From: Octopus vulgaris | Taxonomy: Eukaryota | DNA length: 64,000 bases | NCBI GenBank assembly: GCA_951406725.2 | Contig: OX597815.1 | Location: 114,514,001-114,578,000 of the forward strand | Direction of reading: 5' to 3' | Shown here: piece by piece, positions 15,012 through 27,390 of the stretch | Layout: each line of letters opens with the position of its first letter | How positions within the stretch are numbered: the first letter of the stretch is position 1 | The notes under the pieces: generated by a model | What the model was told of the DNA's origin: nothing | The model's database searches: none | What the model saw: the letters and a program-made list of their open reading frames with translations, nothing else | Made by a program: the position numbers and the translations under genes

Positions 15012-15612
15012 TTGGTTTCAAATATTGACACAAGGGCAGCTATTTCGAGGAAGGAGTAAGCCGATTACATCGACCCCAGTACTGAACTGGTGTTTATTTT
15101 ATCGACCCCGAAAGGATGAAAGGCGAAGTCGACCTCAGCAGAATTTGAACTCAGAGCATGCAGAGGGACGAAAAGCTGCTAAGCGTTTTATCCCAGAGTG
15201 CTAACGATTCTGGCAGCTCACCGTGTTCGTCTGAACTTAATATTTCATTCTGAGAGAAAGCAGTGAGGAAGTTGAATCGTTTGCACGCCGGGAAAAATGC
15301 TTAGCGGCATTTCGTTCAAATCCACAGAGATCGACTTTGCCTTTCATCCTTTTGGGGTCGATAAGATAAGTACCAGTTGAATACTGGACCGACGTAATCG
15401 GCATGCCTTTACCCCCGAACTTGCTGGCCTTGTGCTATAATTTGAAACCAATAATACATTCTGAGTTTAGGCGGCGTGGTGACAGAATCGTTAGCACACG
15501 GGGCAAAATGCTTAGCGGTATTTCGTCCGTGTTTACGTTCTCAGTTCAAATCCGTCGAGGTTGACTCTGCCTTTGGTCTTTCCGGCTTCAATAAAATGTG
15601 TACCAGTTGAAC
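15012..15612. mobile_element. Cluster of three family-A SINEs (minus 15012-15225; plus 15255-15450 and 15468-15612)
   Basis: Each has the gtcgactttgcctttcatcc/aagtaccagttg core. Short flanking repeats tgaacttaa and cattctgag are candidate TSDs. Confidence 0.85.
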
Positions 15613-15619
15613 ACAGTCC

Positions 15620-16780
15620 TTCAAGGTAGGCATTAATATCCATTCTGTATTCTGACCCGCCATCCGTCCCAAACAGTCGCTGAAAAGCCGTACTCATCTG
15701 CGTAGAGTCGAATAATATGCGCTTATTCTTGTCTGCCAAAGACTGAACTGTGGCTTTGTTTCCGCGTCAGGCCTATTGAACGGCTTTCGTCTTTTCGTGT
15801 CTTCCAGCGTGGTCCTTAGCTCTGACAATTCAACCATCGTACTTCGTGTCAAAGAATTGATCAAAAGCCAGTCTAACCGGAAGCATGTCGGTTGCAGATG
15901 CCTTTCTTAACTGGTGTTTCTAAGTTTCCCTCTATTCCTGTTATCGCTATCGCTACGAACACATTAAATTTTATCGATTCTACTAACATCGCCTTTTAAG
16001 GACGAACTACCATTTGTTGTTAAGGATTACCCATATCAACACTCGCTTAACTGTTTCCCTAATCCGGTCTCTGTAAGCTTAGTGCGCTGGAAGCAACATG
16101 TTCAGTTTCCAGTAGCCGGGTTCCTGCTTACGAAACCTATCTATATTGACCGTTCGGATTACAATTTTGTGGTCTATGTAACCAACGATTTTAAAATGTG
16201 GACAACCTATACAATCCTTTTCTACTGGCCTACAGAGTGCTCTTTCTAGATACGATCTGGATGACATGATGCAGTTTGTCCATGTCTACATTGGCACATT
16301 CGGAAAATTCAAATGGTACCTGTCAGTCAGTTGGAAACATCTGAGCAGGTTTGTGATATTTTTGCCCATCCATTTCCAATCAGCTAGCTTCACATCAGGT
16401 GGCTCTTGAGAGCGATGTTTCTTTTGCTGTTCTTGCTACTGTTGCTACCACTCTTGGTCCTGTTGTTACTGTAGGCACTGTTTCCAGTCTTGTAGCTGTT
16501 CCACCGTCACTCTTGCTGTGTCGTATGTTGTCGTTGGTAGTTGCTGTGGTTGCTGCTGGTTTTGGTGGTGTTAGAAGTAGTAGAGACCTTTCAGTTATCT
16601 TGTGTTGTTGTTGGGGACAGAAAGCTTTGACGGGATTAGTGTTGCTACAGTTATAGCAACGGGTTTGCCTTCCACACAGCACTACTATCTGCGTATAAGG
16701 AATAAAAGGAGAATGCTTACCGAGTATTTGATAGTAAAAAAGATCTGCAGCAACATAACGGGACCCATATTATTATTGAT
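15620..16780 (-). mobile_element. Decayed Tx1/L1-type LINE fragment (ORF1 zinc knuckle + APE endonuclease end + linker)
   Basis: GRQTRCYNCSNTNPVKAFCP is a degenerate CCHC knuckle. SRSYLER...YIDHKIV...PGYWKLN matches the APE C-terminal SRID/SDH/GYWKLN motifs. Confidence 0.75.
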
Positions 16781-16854
16781 AATTTTATAGATAGGTAGAA
16801 CGATGATGGTAATGATAATCACTGTGGTTATGGAGGCGACACAATACAAGCACG

Positions 16855-16934
<80 letters not shown>

Positions 16935-18985
16935 TATCAAAACAGAATAACAAGGAGAAAAGAAACAAAGGAATATTGTCATAAGCAAGGGTGATGTGAA
17001 AGAACAAGTGGATAAAATGCCTAACTGGAAAGCTCCCGGACCAGATAGGATTCATGGCTTCTGACTGAAGAGATGCCATGCGGTGCATAAAAGACTAGCA
17101 GTCCAATTGAATGAGTGTGTCCAGAAAGGTACAGTCCCGGTGTGGATGGTGACTGGGAGGACAACACATGTAATGAAAGATAGAAGAAAGGGGAATATTG
17201 TAGGAAACTACTGTCCCATAGCATGCCTAAAAATAATCTGGAAAATACTCACTGGAATATGTGAAGTAAAGACATACTCTTTGGGATTACCAAATGCTCA
17301 GTACTTAATATGAAAGCGGGAAGAAAGCATCCTGTAGAGGACTGAACCCGACGGTAGTGGGTATAGATATTTAGGGATTTTGGAGCTTGATGACATTCTA
17401 CACAGAGAAAGGAAAGTCAAGGTCAGCGAGGCGTATCAAAAAAGAGTGAAGATGGTGTTGAAATCCAACCGGAATGCTAAAAATTTGATTACCGCAATGA
17501 ATATCTGGGCATTTGCGGTGGTCAGATATAGTACATCAATCCTCAAATGGACTAAGGATGAAATATCAACACTAGATAGAAGGACGAGAAAGTTGATTAC
17601 GCTGCAAGGGGCGCTACACCCTAAAGCAAACGTAAACATTGTTTGTTCCTTCTCGAGCCATGCCTGGCTCATAAGGGCTGGTTTCCTTGGCGTATAGGTT
17701 CCCCACCTGGACGGGACGCCGTCCGTCGCAGGTGAGCTGCAAGATGCAAGATGAGAGAAAGTTGTGACGAAAGAGTCAACAGAAGTTCGCCATTACCTTC
17801 TGTCGAAGCCGCGTGGAGCTTAGGTGTTTCGCTCATAAACACGCACATCGCCCGGTCTGAGATTCGGACCCGCGAACCCTCGACCGCGAGTCCGCTGCTC
17901 TAACCAGTGGGCCATGTGTCTCCACAAACGTAAACATACTGTATGTGAAAAGAAAGTATGGTGGCAGATGACTAATTAGCTTAGACCATTGTATAAGGAG
18001 TGAAAGGAGAACGCTTGCCGAGTATTTGATAAATAGTGATGAAGACCTGCTGTAATATGCCGCAAAAGATATGGGTGTAAATGCAGATGAAATGATGGGC
18101 AAGGCAGAGTTTAACCAAAGAGCTGAGAAGAAGAGAAAAGAAGACTTTCTTGAAATGAGAATGCATGGACAATTTGAAATGAATACAAAAGACGTTAAGG
18201 ATAAAACAGCATCGTGGACATGGCTTGAGCGAAGTGATTTGAAGCATACCACCGAAAGCCTGATCATTGCTGCACAAGACCAGGCTCTCGCTACCAATTC
18301 AATGAAGTATAACATCTATAAAACTTCTGACACCCAGAAATGCAGACTCTGTGGAAAGAGTGTGGAAAATGTAACCCACTTGGTAATTGGATGTGAAAGC
18401 CTTGCACAAAAAATACAAGCGCCGCCACGATAAAGTGTGTATCTTCATTGGCTCTTATGCCGTAAATACCAATATGAAGTAACAGAGAACTGATATGAGC
18501 ATGTACCAAGTAAAGTTATGCATGAAGATGGAAAAGTAACGATACTCTGGGATTGTGGGGTTTTCAGGTGGATCGTGTAATCGAACACCGTCGGCCGGAT
18601 ATTGTCATATTGAATAAGAGAGATAAATGCTGTCAGATCATTGATGTAGCCATACCAAATGACATGAATGTAGTGAGTAAAGTGTTTGAAAAAAATCAGC
18701 AAGTACTCCGAATTGAAAGTGGAAATGGCAAAACTGTATGGAATGTGAGAGGATAATGTAAAAGTGATACCAGTGGTGATCGGAGCATTGGGCTCAATTC
18801 CATTGAAACTTCAAAACTTCTTAAGGCAATTGGAAACCCCATGCAAGATTGATGTCTTACAAAAAGCAGCCTTATTGGGCACAGCGCACATCTTAAGGAA
18901 AGTATTATCTATCTGAGGTCCTTGTTGTGACTTGACAGATGACTAAAGGCTCCGATGCATCTTTACCTACACTGTATTACGAAGG
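16935..18985 (+). mobile_element. Decayed R4/Dong-like RLE retrotransposon, RT core deleted, with a nested SINE
   Basis: Motifs NWKAPGPD.I.GF, NYCPIACL, YRYLGILE, LHPKANV, ESLIIAAQDQAL, CRLCGKSVENVTHLVIGC, HRRPDIV..IIDVAIP, IPVVIGALG, GTAHILRKVLSI*. Multiple stops and frameshifts. The 3' end runs into (TAA)n. Confidence 0.92.
17640..17924 (-). mobile_element. tRNA-derived SINE with V-domain-like segment, 13-bp TSD
   Basis: caaacgtaaacat at 17627-17639 and 17925-17937. Head is tggcccactggttagagcagcggactcgcg. Internal cctgcgacggacggcgtcccgtccagg resembles the V-SINE domain. Confidence 0.9.
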
Positions 18986-18999
18986 AATAATAATAATAA

Positions 19000-19265
19000 A
19001 CAACCTTTTGAGGGAAATGAGCTACTCGACCTGAAGAAAATTCTAACTCTCTAACAATTATAGTAATCTGCAAGGTCATGCACTGTTAATCTTGACATGA
19101 GATCACCATGCTGCACACATATGGTTGTAATGCATGTGCCTGGTGTACCCTTATCAGACGGGTAGTCATGATGGATATACTTGGCTTCGTATATTTTACC
19201 CCAGTGTCACTTTGTTGGCATGCACTGCTTTTTCACTCAATAATAACAACAACAACAACAACAAC

Positions 19266-19321
<56 letters not shown>

Positions 19322-19810
19322 TAATAATTCAGTTAAGAACTGGCTCTTGTGCCTTCTGATCTTAACTGATTAAAAGTGTTATCATGTACATTGTTTTGGC
19401 TTGGTATAAAAGATGAGCTACAGCAAATATTCTGTTCAATACCACAGATTTGCTTGTCAGTTGTTTGACCTTAACCAGTTGAGCATGTCCCTTAGTGGCT
19501 GACGATATGTGCATCTCTGATCACGAGCAGAATTAGCCATGTGTTGAGAGGGATTCTTTGGGGTTTGAATAATTCACTTCTGGAAACATGGGTGTTTCGT
19601 TCAATATCCTTAAACAACCCTTATTCAGGGACCTTTTGAGCTGTTTATCTTGATATCTTGAGATCACCATGTCGCGCACATATGGTTGTGATGCATATGC
19701 CTAGTGTACCCTTATCAGACAGGTAGTCATGATGGGTATACTGGGCTTTGCATATTTTACCCCAGTGTCACTTTGATGGCATGCATTGCTCTCTCACTCA
19801 ATAATAATAA
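19000..19810 (+). mobile_element. Two tandem copies of non-coding family D (19000-19239 truncated; 19327-19800), each ending ...cactca(ATA)n
   Basis: The two copies match each other and 40808-41323. All share a 3' end abutting a trinucleotide tract. Confidence 0.85.
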
Positions 19811-19829
19811 TAACAATTATAGTAATACT

Positions 19830-20033
19830 TTCAAGCACAAAGCTTGAAATTTTGGGGGATATGGGCTAGTAGATATCATCGACTCCAGTGCTCAACTGGT
19901 ACTTATTTCATCGACCCCGAAAGGATGAAAGGCAAAGTCGACCTCGGTGGAACTTGAACTCAGAGCTTAAAGAAGGACGAAATACTGTTGAGCATTTTGC
20001 CCGGAGTGCTAACGATTCTGCCAGCTTGCTGCC

Positions 20034-20035
<2 letters not shown>
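19830..20035 (-). mobile_element. SINE family A copy
   Basis: atcgaccccgaaaggatgaaaggcaaagtcgacctcgg core and head ...gattctgccagcttgctgcct. Confidence 0.85.
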
Positions 20036-20098
<63 letters not shown>

Positions 20099-20129
20099 TA
20101 TTATTATTATTATAATCATAATAAAAATC

Positions 20130-20341
20130 GTGTTAACTGGAACGGCTCATGTACTGAGAAGAACATTATCGCTGTGAAAACAACATCCATTCATGAATTT
20201 ATTTATTCATTAATTTTTTAAATACATATTTTACCTGTGAATTTGCGTGTGTAATCTGGGAATGCATACAATGAGCTTCTCTGCCCTAGGTGTACAGAAA
20301 ACACTCGGCGAGAAACGGAAGAAAATTTGAAGAAAGAAGGA
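20130..20341 (+). mobile_element. Extreme 3' fragment of a sister R4/Dong-like element
   Basis: Encodes TGTAHVLRRTLSL* (compare TGTSHVLRRALSM* at 22916). Its 3'UTR is homologous to 22975-23040. Flanked by (TAA)n on both sides. Confidence 0.85.
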
Positions 20342-20375
20342 AATAATAATAATGATAATAATAATAATAATAATG

Positions 20376-20411
<36 letters not shown>

Positions 20412-20415
20412 GTAA

Positions 20416-20477
<62 letters not shown>

Positions 20478-20502
20478 ATAATAATAATAATAATAATAAT
20501 AA

Positions 20503-23050
20503 TCCTTTTGGAAAAGGATTTGGAGTGACAAGAAGACGTACAACATAAATGCAGACTGGATTATACAAACAGAAGGATCCTACCAACATTTACAACAACA
20601 AGCATGGGAAGACATCACAATAGCAGACCTAAGAAAGGCACTCACGAAGGCCCATAATTGGAAATCCCCGGTAAAGATAGGGTGCCGAATTTCTGGCTCG
20701 CATCGCTCCCATGCGCACAAGGTAAGCTAGTTCAGCTGCTCAATGGAATTATGAGAGACCCAAAGAAAACACCTGAATGGTTAGCAAGTGGTATTACTTA
20801 CCTACTCCCAAAGAATAACGAAACCAACCTTCCAAAAATCTATCGGCCTATAACCTGTCTATCCACCACGTATAAAATCCTAACATCTATCCTGGCGGAG
20901 AAAACATATGCATTCATGGAGAAGAACGATATTTTCCCCATTGAACAAAAAGGGTGCCGCCGAGGCTCATACGGATGCAAAGATCAACTGCTAATTAATC
21001 GTATGATCCTTGAGAACTGCCACAACAAGCGCAGAAATCTCAGCTCCGCATGGATTGACTATAAAAAAGCCTTCGACAGTATACCGCATCCATGGATCTT
21101 GAGATCGCTGGACATCTTCAAAATTTCCCCTCTGATTTCAAGCTTCCTGAAGCACAATATGTCGTTGTGGAATACGAATCTCCAATTATACCACTCTAAT
21201 GGAGTACTTGCCTCAGAAAATATAAACATCAACTGTGGAATTTTTCAAGGTGACTCACTTTCACCTTTAATATTCTGCATAGCCCTAATACCCCTTACAA
21301 GTGAATTAAACAGAATAGGGTATGGGCATAAAATTGCCAATAAAAAAATAAGCCATCTATTTTATATGGATGACTTAAAACTCTATGGTAAAGACGATAA
21401 TGAAATTGAAGGCCTATTGCGCACTGTGAAAGCATTCAGCGATGACATCGGGATGGAGTTTGGGCTTGAGAAGTGTGCCAAGGCCACTTTCCAGAAAGGG
21501 AAAGTGAAGACCACAAATTCAGTCGTGTTAGATGTTGACACAGTCATAAGAGAGCTTGAGCAAGAACAAACATACAAATATTTAGGGATAAATGAAGGCT
21601 CTGGTATTCAGCATGCAAGCTTGAAAGAGAAGATCAGGAAGGAATGTTATAGGAGAGTTCGTGCGGTCCTGAAATCTGAACTAAATGCACGTAACAAGGT
21701 GTTAGCTATAAATTCCTTAGCAGTTCCAGTTGTTACTTATAGCTACAATGTGTTGAACTGGAATATGAGTGAAGTAAAGAATATAGATAGGAAAATACGC
21801 AAGCTGCTGAGTTGTAATAGGATGCACCACCCAAAGACAGACGTAGATCGCCTTTACCTTCCCAGAGCCCAAGGAGGTCGAAGCCTGATCCAATTTGAAC
21901 TAGCTTACAAAACAACCACAATTGGACTGGCCAAATATCTCGAAATAACGAATGACTGGATGCTAAAGCTCGTGGAAAATCACGAGAGACGAAAGAAGCT
22001 TCATTCTATCAGAAAGGAAAACAAAAAAATTGCTATTGATCTCGTGCAGGATACCAAAACTGAACAACCCGAGGGAAGTACGGCAACTATTGTTGCAAAG
22101 AAGGTGAAAATAATGGCAACGAAAAAAGCGCACGAGCAATTGGCTGATAGGTGGGAGGAGAAACCTCTGCACGGCAAATATGTGGCCCGCAGCAAACAAG
22201 CTGATGTTGACCAGAAGCAAACCCATCAGTGGCCTCGGAGCTCAGGGCTAAAAGCAGAGAGCGAAGGTTTCATCCTGGCTGCTCAAGATCAAAGCCTATT
22301 AACCCGGAACTACCGGGTCAATGTGATGAAAAATGGAGCAGACCCAAAATGCCGATTCTCCAACGACATGATTGAAACAGTGGACCACCTAATCTCTGGA
22401 TGTAAAGTCTTAGCACCAGTGGAGTATAAATTAAGACATGACAGAGTTGGCCAATATCTACACTGGGTAATAAGTCGGCATTACAATATCAAAACTGCCG
22501 ATAAGTGGTATAATCACCACCCTGAAGCTGTAACTGAAGGAGAAAATGTAACGATTCTATGGGACTTTCCAGTACATACAGACCGAACCATCAAAGCCAA
22601 TAAACCAGATATTGTTGTGAAAGACCAAAACAACAAAGTTTGCTTATTGATCGACATGAGCATCCCCTGTGATCATAATATCTCGGCGAAAGAGTTTGAC
22701 AAGCTCAGAAAATATAAAGACCTGCTCATTGAAATTGAGAAAATGTGGCATCTCAAGGCGGTTACAATACCAGTGATCGTAGGAGCACTAGGAATGATCA
22801 AGAAGGGAACCGAAAATTATATGAGAATGATCCCTGGCTTACCATCCCTGCAAGAAGTGCAAAAGATTGTCTTAACTGGTACATCACATGTGTTGAGAAG
22901 AGCATTGTCGATGTGAAAACTAATACTACCCATGTATTTTTATTTAACTTAAAAAAACAAAAGAACGAACTAGTGAGTTTCTTTGCCCTAGGAGTCGGGA
23001 AGACACTCGGCAAGAAATGGAAGCAAATTTGAAAGAAGAAAAAAAAAGAT
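20503..23050 (+). mobile_element. 5'-truncated R4/Dong-clade non-LTR retrotransposon in (TAA)n
   Basis: Long RT-RLE ORF plus ~130-bp 3'UTR and A-rich end. (AAT)n tracts on both sides (20341-20502, 23050-23071). Confidence 0.95.
20506..22916 (+). pseudogene. Reverse transcriptase + zinc knuckle + PD-(D/E)xK restriction-like endonuclease ORF (track ORF 20658-22916, 752 aa; no native start)
   Basis: YRPITCL, EQKGC, WIDYKKAFDS, GIFQGDSLSP, FYMDDLK, YKYLG, CRFS..ETVDHLISGC, RHD, KPDIV..LIDMSIP..K..KY. Upstream FWKRIWSD...AHNWKSP is joined by a 1-nt frameshift at ~20665-20669. Confidence 0.95.
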
Positions 23051-24240
23051 AATTATAATAATAATAATAATAGCAACAACAACAACAATCCTCCCGGCGG
23101 AATTTGATCTCAGAAATAAATGCCGCTAAGCATTTTGTGGGACACACTAATTATAATTTCTTACATAAGAACAAAGGCAGACATTTTGAGAGTAGGGAAC
23201 AGTCGATTATATTAACCTCAGTACTGCACTGGTACTTTATTTTATTAACTCTACGAAGATGAAAACCAAGGTCGCTTCCTGTTTTTTTTTTTTTTCTTGC
23301 TTTTTTTTTGTTTTGGGGCTTTTTTTTTAGAATCTTTGACGTCAGAAAAATTTATCTGTGCTTGTTGGTTTGTTGGTTTTCTTTTCTAAATTAACATTAC
23401 CTAATTGAGTTTCTTTTTTTTTTTTCTAATTTTGTTGAACACTTCTGATATGGTGGACGTTTTTTCTCTCATTAATTGGAAGAGCAAAAGAAAAGAAAAA
23501 TATAATTTGAAAAAATTGTTAACGTTTTTTAATGTTTTAAGGAATGTTGCAATTATGTAAATAGCGTCAATTAATAGCGAGGTGCGGAGAAGAAAACAGA
23601 CAATTATTACTCTTTGTGAAATTGCAATCCTGCATATAATTCTGCAGAGTAAGGTGGAACAATTTTAGCATTTAAAACGTTTCAAATAACAACCGAAACT
23701 CGTTCGTTACCGTTGGAAGAGGCAAGGCATATGGAATAATTTGGTCCCTCATACTCCTAAAAATTGGATAATCACGGCCGAAATGACTTTAATCACTGCT
23801 TTTCCTAATCATAGTTGATCTGGAGCTAAATAAAACGACTTTACAACACAGAGTAGGCATTTAATATGTCTCTTGATAGTAACATCAAGCTATTTTATTC
23901 CTGGTTACTTAGAATTTTTTTTAATGGATATCTCTATAAACGTAACACTAACTAAATTACGTGCATTTGTGTTTCTGCTACATAAATGGCTAGACAGACA
24001 GACAGACAGGCAAGTACTCACAAATTCAAAAGTTTATAGAGGAAAAATCAAATGATGCGACGTTCTCATTTAACCTCAAGACGAGATCCATGCCGAAACT
24101 AAATTTTCTGTTTGTTAAACATTTCAATTGATAATACTGAAAATTACATTCGATTTTAAACACCAGTAGAAGTCATTTTTGTCTACTTACTGTATGGATA
24201 ATCTCACTAAATGCAAGGTTTTCAAATAGCTATATTAAAT

Positions 24241-24472
24241 AAGCGTCGAACTGGCAGAAACGTTAGCACGCCGGGCGAAATGCATAGCCGTATTTCGTCT
24301 GTCGTTACGTTCCGGGTTCGAATTCCGCCGAGGTCGACTTTGCCTTTCATCCTTTCGGGGTCGATAAATTAAGTACCAGTTACGCACTGGGGTCGATGTA
24401 ATCGACTTAATCCCTTTGTCTGTCCTTGTTTGTCCCCTCTGTGTTTAGCCCCTTGTGGGTAGTAAATAAATA
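24241..24472 (+). mobile_element. Young SINE family A copy
   Basis: Nearly identical to 25255-25485, including the tail gtcccctctgtgtttagccccttgtgggta. B-box-like ggttcgaattcc. Confidence 0.9.
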
Positions 24473-24961
24473 TATATTAAATAAGCCTCTCTCCTATTTA
24501 TATTTAGTAGGCTTAACTCTCCCAGTGGTATTTTCCCGCAGACGTGTGTGTGTGTATGTGTGTGTGTGTGTGTGTTTGCGCGAACGCACCAACAGACTTT
24601 ACTAAATAAAACGATGACATATCCGTTGCTTTCACTGGATCCATCCCCATTCTGCGTTTCCTCGTATTTTTTCAAGTGCCTTGATTAGGTAATTTTATTG
24701 GATTTATCTTTCTTGCTTGTTGATTTTAGAAGTCTCAAGAGGGGGGTTTTGCTGGCTAATCATATGGATAATCCCAGTGAATCGAAGTGTTTCCTCCCAC
24801 TATATTACACTTATGAGACCCAAACGCGTTTGTATTTGGTGTTCAAAACTCTCCTTCAGTATTCTGTATTGTTTTAAAGGTTTCATGCGTTGGATTGCGG
24901 CCATGCACGACTACCACTATCAAGAGTTTAATCGGTCACATTGATTTAGTTATATATATAT

Positions 24962-25059
<98 letters not shown>

Positions 25060-25254
25060 CCTCTTTTGGGATTTTTATATTGCGTTTAGTCACCTTTATT
25101 ATCTAATATATATATATATACTTCAATCAATATGAGCAACTAGATAGAGCAAGAATCTCCGAATGGCAACCAACTACGTAACTTAACGTTTGTTTTATGT
25201 TTTCGTTTCTCATTGTGTTCAACATTTTTTTTATGTTCTGTACCCATATATTCC

Positions 25255-25485
25255 AACGGCAAGCTGGCAGAAACGTTAGCACGCCGGGCGAAATGCTTAG
25301 CGGTATTTCGTCTGCCGTTACGTTGTGAGTTCAACTTCCGCCGAGGTCGACTTTGCTTTTCATCCTTTCGGGGTCGATAAATTAAGTACCAGTTACGCAC
25401 TGGGGTCGATGTAATCGACTTAATACCTATATCTGTCCTTGTTTGTCCCCTCTGTGTTTAGCCCCTTGTGGGTAATAAAGAAATA
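25255..25485 (+). mobile_element. Young SINE family A copy
   Basis: Near-identical to 24241-24472. Confidence 0.9.
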
Positions 25486-25531
25486 GGTATGTACATATAT
25501 GTATGTATATATGCATATATGTATGTATATA

Positions 25532-25567
<36 letters not shown>

Positions 25568-25571
25568 CATG

Positions 25572-25604
<33 letters not shown>

Positions 25605-25619
25605 ATATATATATGTATG

Positions 25620-25694
<75 letters not shown>

Positions 25695-26136
25695 ATAAGC
25701 ATGTTTGTTTGAGCAGACCTTGGAGACCTTGGAGCGAGAGGAGAATTTACTAAGTCACTGTAAAGATCGCAAACGACGACGATAGAACTTTGACTAAGGA
25801 ACAACCAATTGATTGTTTGACCACCACATTAAACAAACGATCGATTAATTTGTTAATTGGATATTTAACCAATTAACTAACAATAGTGAAGTGGAACTGA
25901 ACCTGTGCATGTGTTATTATTATTGGAGTAATGATTCTCCCAAGACACAACAAAATTTGTTTCAACACACGAATTCACATAAAAAATCTTGCAAACCAAA
26001 TACAAAAACAAACTATATATGCGTCCATCATTCATATAAGTACATGTATATAACTGCGTGACTTTTACACACACACACTCTTTCTCTCCCTCCTCCTCTT
26101 TCTCTATGTATGTATCAGTATATATATATATATAAA

Positions 26137-26378
26137 TGCGCCCTTTTAAAGCCCAGCCAGGCTCATAGGTTCGGTTCCCCGGTTTCAATGGCGTATGTGT
26201 TCCCCAGCTGGACGAGACGCCAGTCCATCGCAACGTTACTCATTTTTGCCAGCTAAGTGGACTGGAGGAACGTGAAATGAAGTGTTTTGCTCAAGAACAC
26301 AACGCGTCGCCCGGTCCAGGATTCGAAACCACAATCTTACGATCATGATGCTGACACCCTAACCACTAAGCCACGCGC

Positions 26379-26382
<4 letters not shown>
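26137..26382 (-). mobile_element. tRNA-derived SINE: family-B-like head with V-domain-like tail
   Basis: Head gcgcgtggcttagtggttagggtgtcagc...ggtttcgaatcc, then tgcgatggactggcgtctcgtccag. Confidence 0.88.
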
Positions 26383-26448
<66 letters not shown>

Positions 26449-26720
26449 CACATATATATATATAATATATGTATATGCATATACGTATGTGTGTGTGTGT
26501 GTGTGTGTGTTGTAATGAATAGAAGCATATTCAGTTACCGGAAGTAGATTTTAAATTAATATTTGTTTTAGCTGTTAGTTCTGGTTCCGGCTAAACAAAT
26601 ATGTGTGCATGTGTGTATGTGTGTGTGCGCGCGCTTTTATGTATGTATGTATGTATGTATGTATGTATGTATGTATGTATGTATGTGTATATGTGTGTGT
26701 ATACTAACTTACATACATAC

Positions 26721-26780
<60 letters not shown>

Positions 26781-26984
26781 CGAGAGAAAGGAGACCTACA
26801 CATTCACACGAACACAGGCAACATACATGTACATTAGTGAGTGAATGCGAAATGTGATTGCACTATGCACGTTTTCGCATGTATACGGATGTGGGTAGCA
26901 TTGGTAAGATAAGCCCAGATAACTGGCTAAATTAGAAAAAGATTGCTGTGCTATCGACATAGGTTTAACTTCCACATGAAAATC

Positions 26985-27390
26985 AGCAGAACTAGAGACA
27001 GACTACGGGTCACCTCCAACCGAACTCCACTGCTTACTTTCAAGGATGTTAGCATCTGTTCATGCTGTGAGTCGCTTCATTACGTCTGTTTTCCTCAGCG
27101 TGAATTTTCACTTTTAATTTGAAGCTTTTGAAAGACCAACAGGATTAATCGCCAGTTTTAACTTCTAAATAAACAGTTACCAACTTACGGGTCACGGTAT
27201 GATTCTGAAAGGGTCACAAAGACATTTTTTTCTTATTGAAATATTTAACATATAACATGATCATGAATGTTATATAAACATGAATTTTATATACCACAGG
27301 CATAAATGTTACACTACGACATTTACTGCGGGGGTATTATTGATTTACCAAAATAAGTTTCAGATGGTGAAAGCTTGGGAACTGCAGTTC
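26985..27390. mobile_element. Possible decayed hAT-type MITE
   Basis: Three gggtcac subterminal-like motifs and an end aaagcttgggaactgcag resembling hAT termini. No TSD verified. Confidence 0.3.

Noticed and set aside
19350-19385. U2 snRNA-like segment (antisense ttaatcagttaagatc) at the family-D 5' end
   Set aside because: Only a short, imperfect resemblance from memory, with no flanking U2 sequence.
20658-22916. Bacterial retron/DGR/group II intron RT or a host gene
   Set aside because: The RT-CCHC-RLE layout, 3'UTR/A-rich end and decayed paralogues nearby identify it as an R4/Dong-type retrotransposon. The track start codon is an artefact of a frameshift.
24870-24945. Tx1-like RT remnant (GFMRWIAAMH)
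   Set aside because: Too short to support as a feature.
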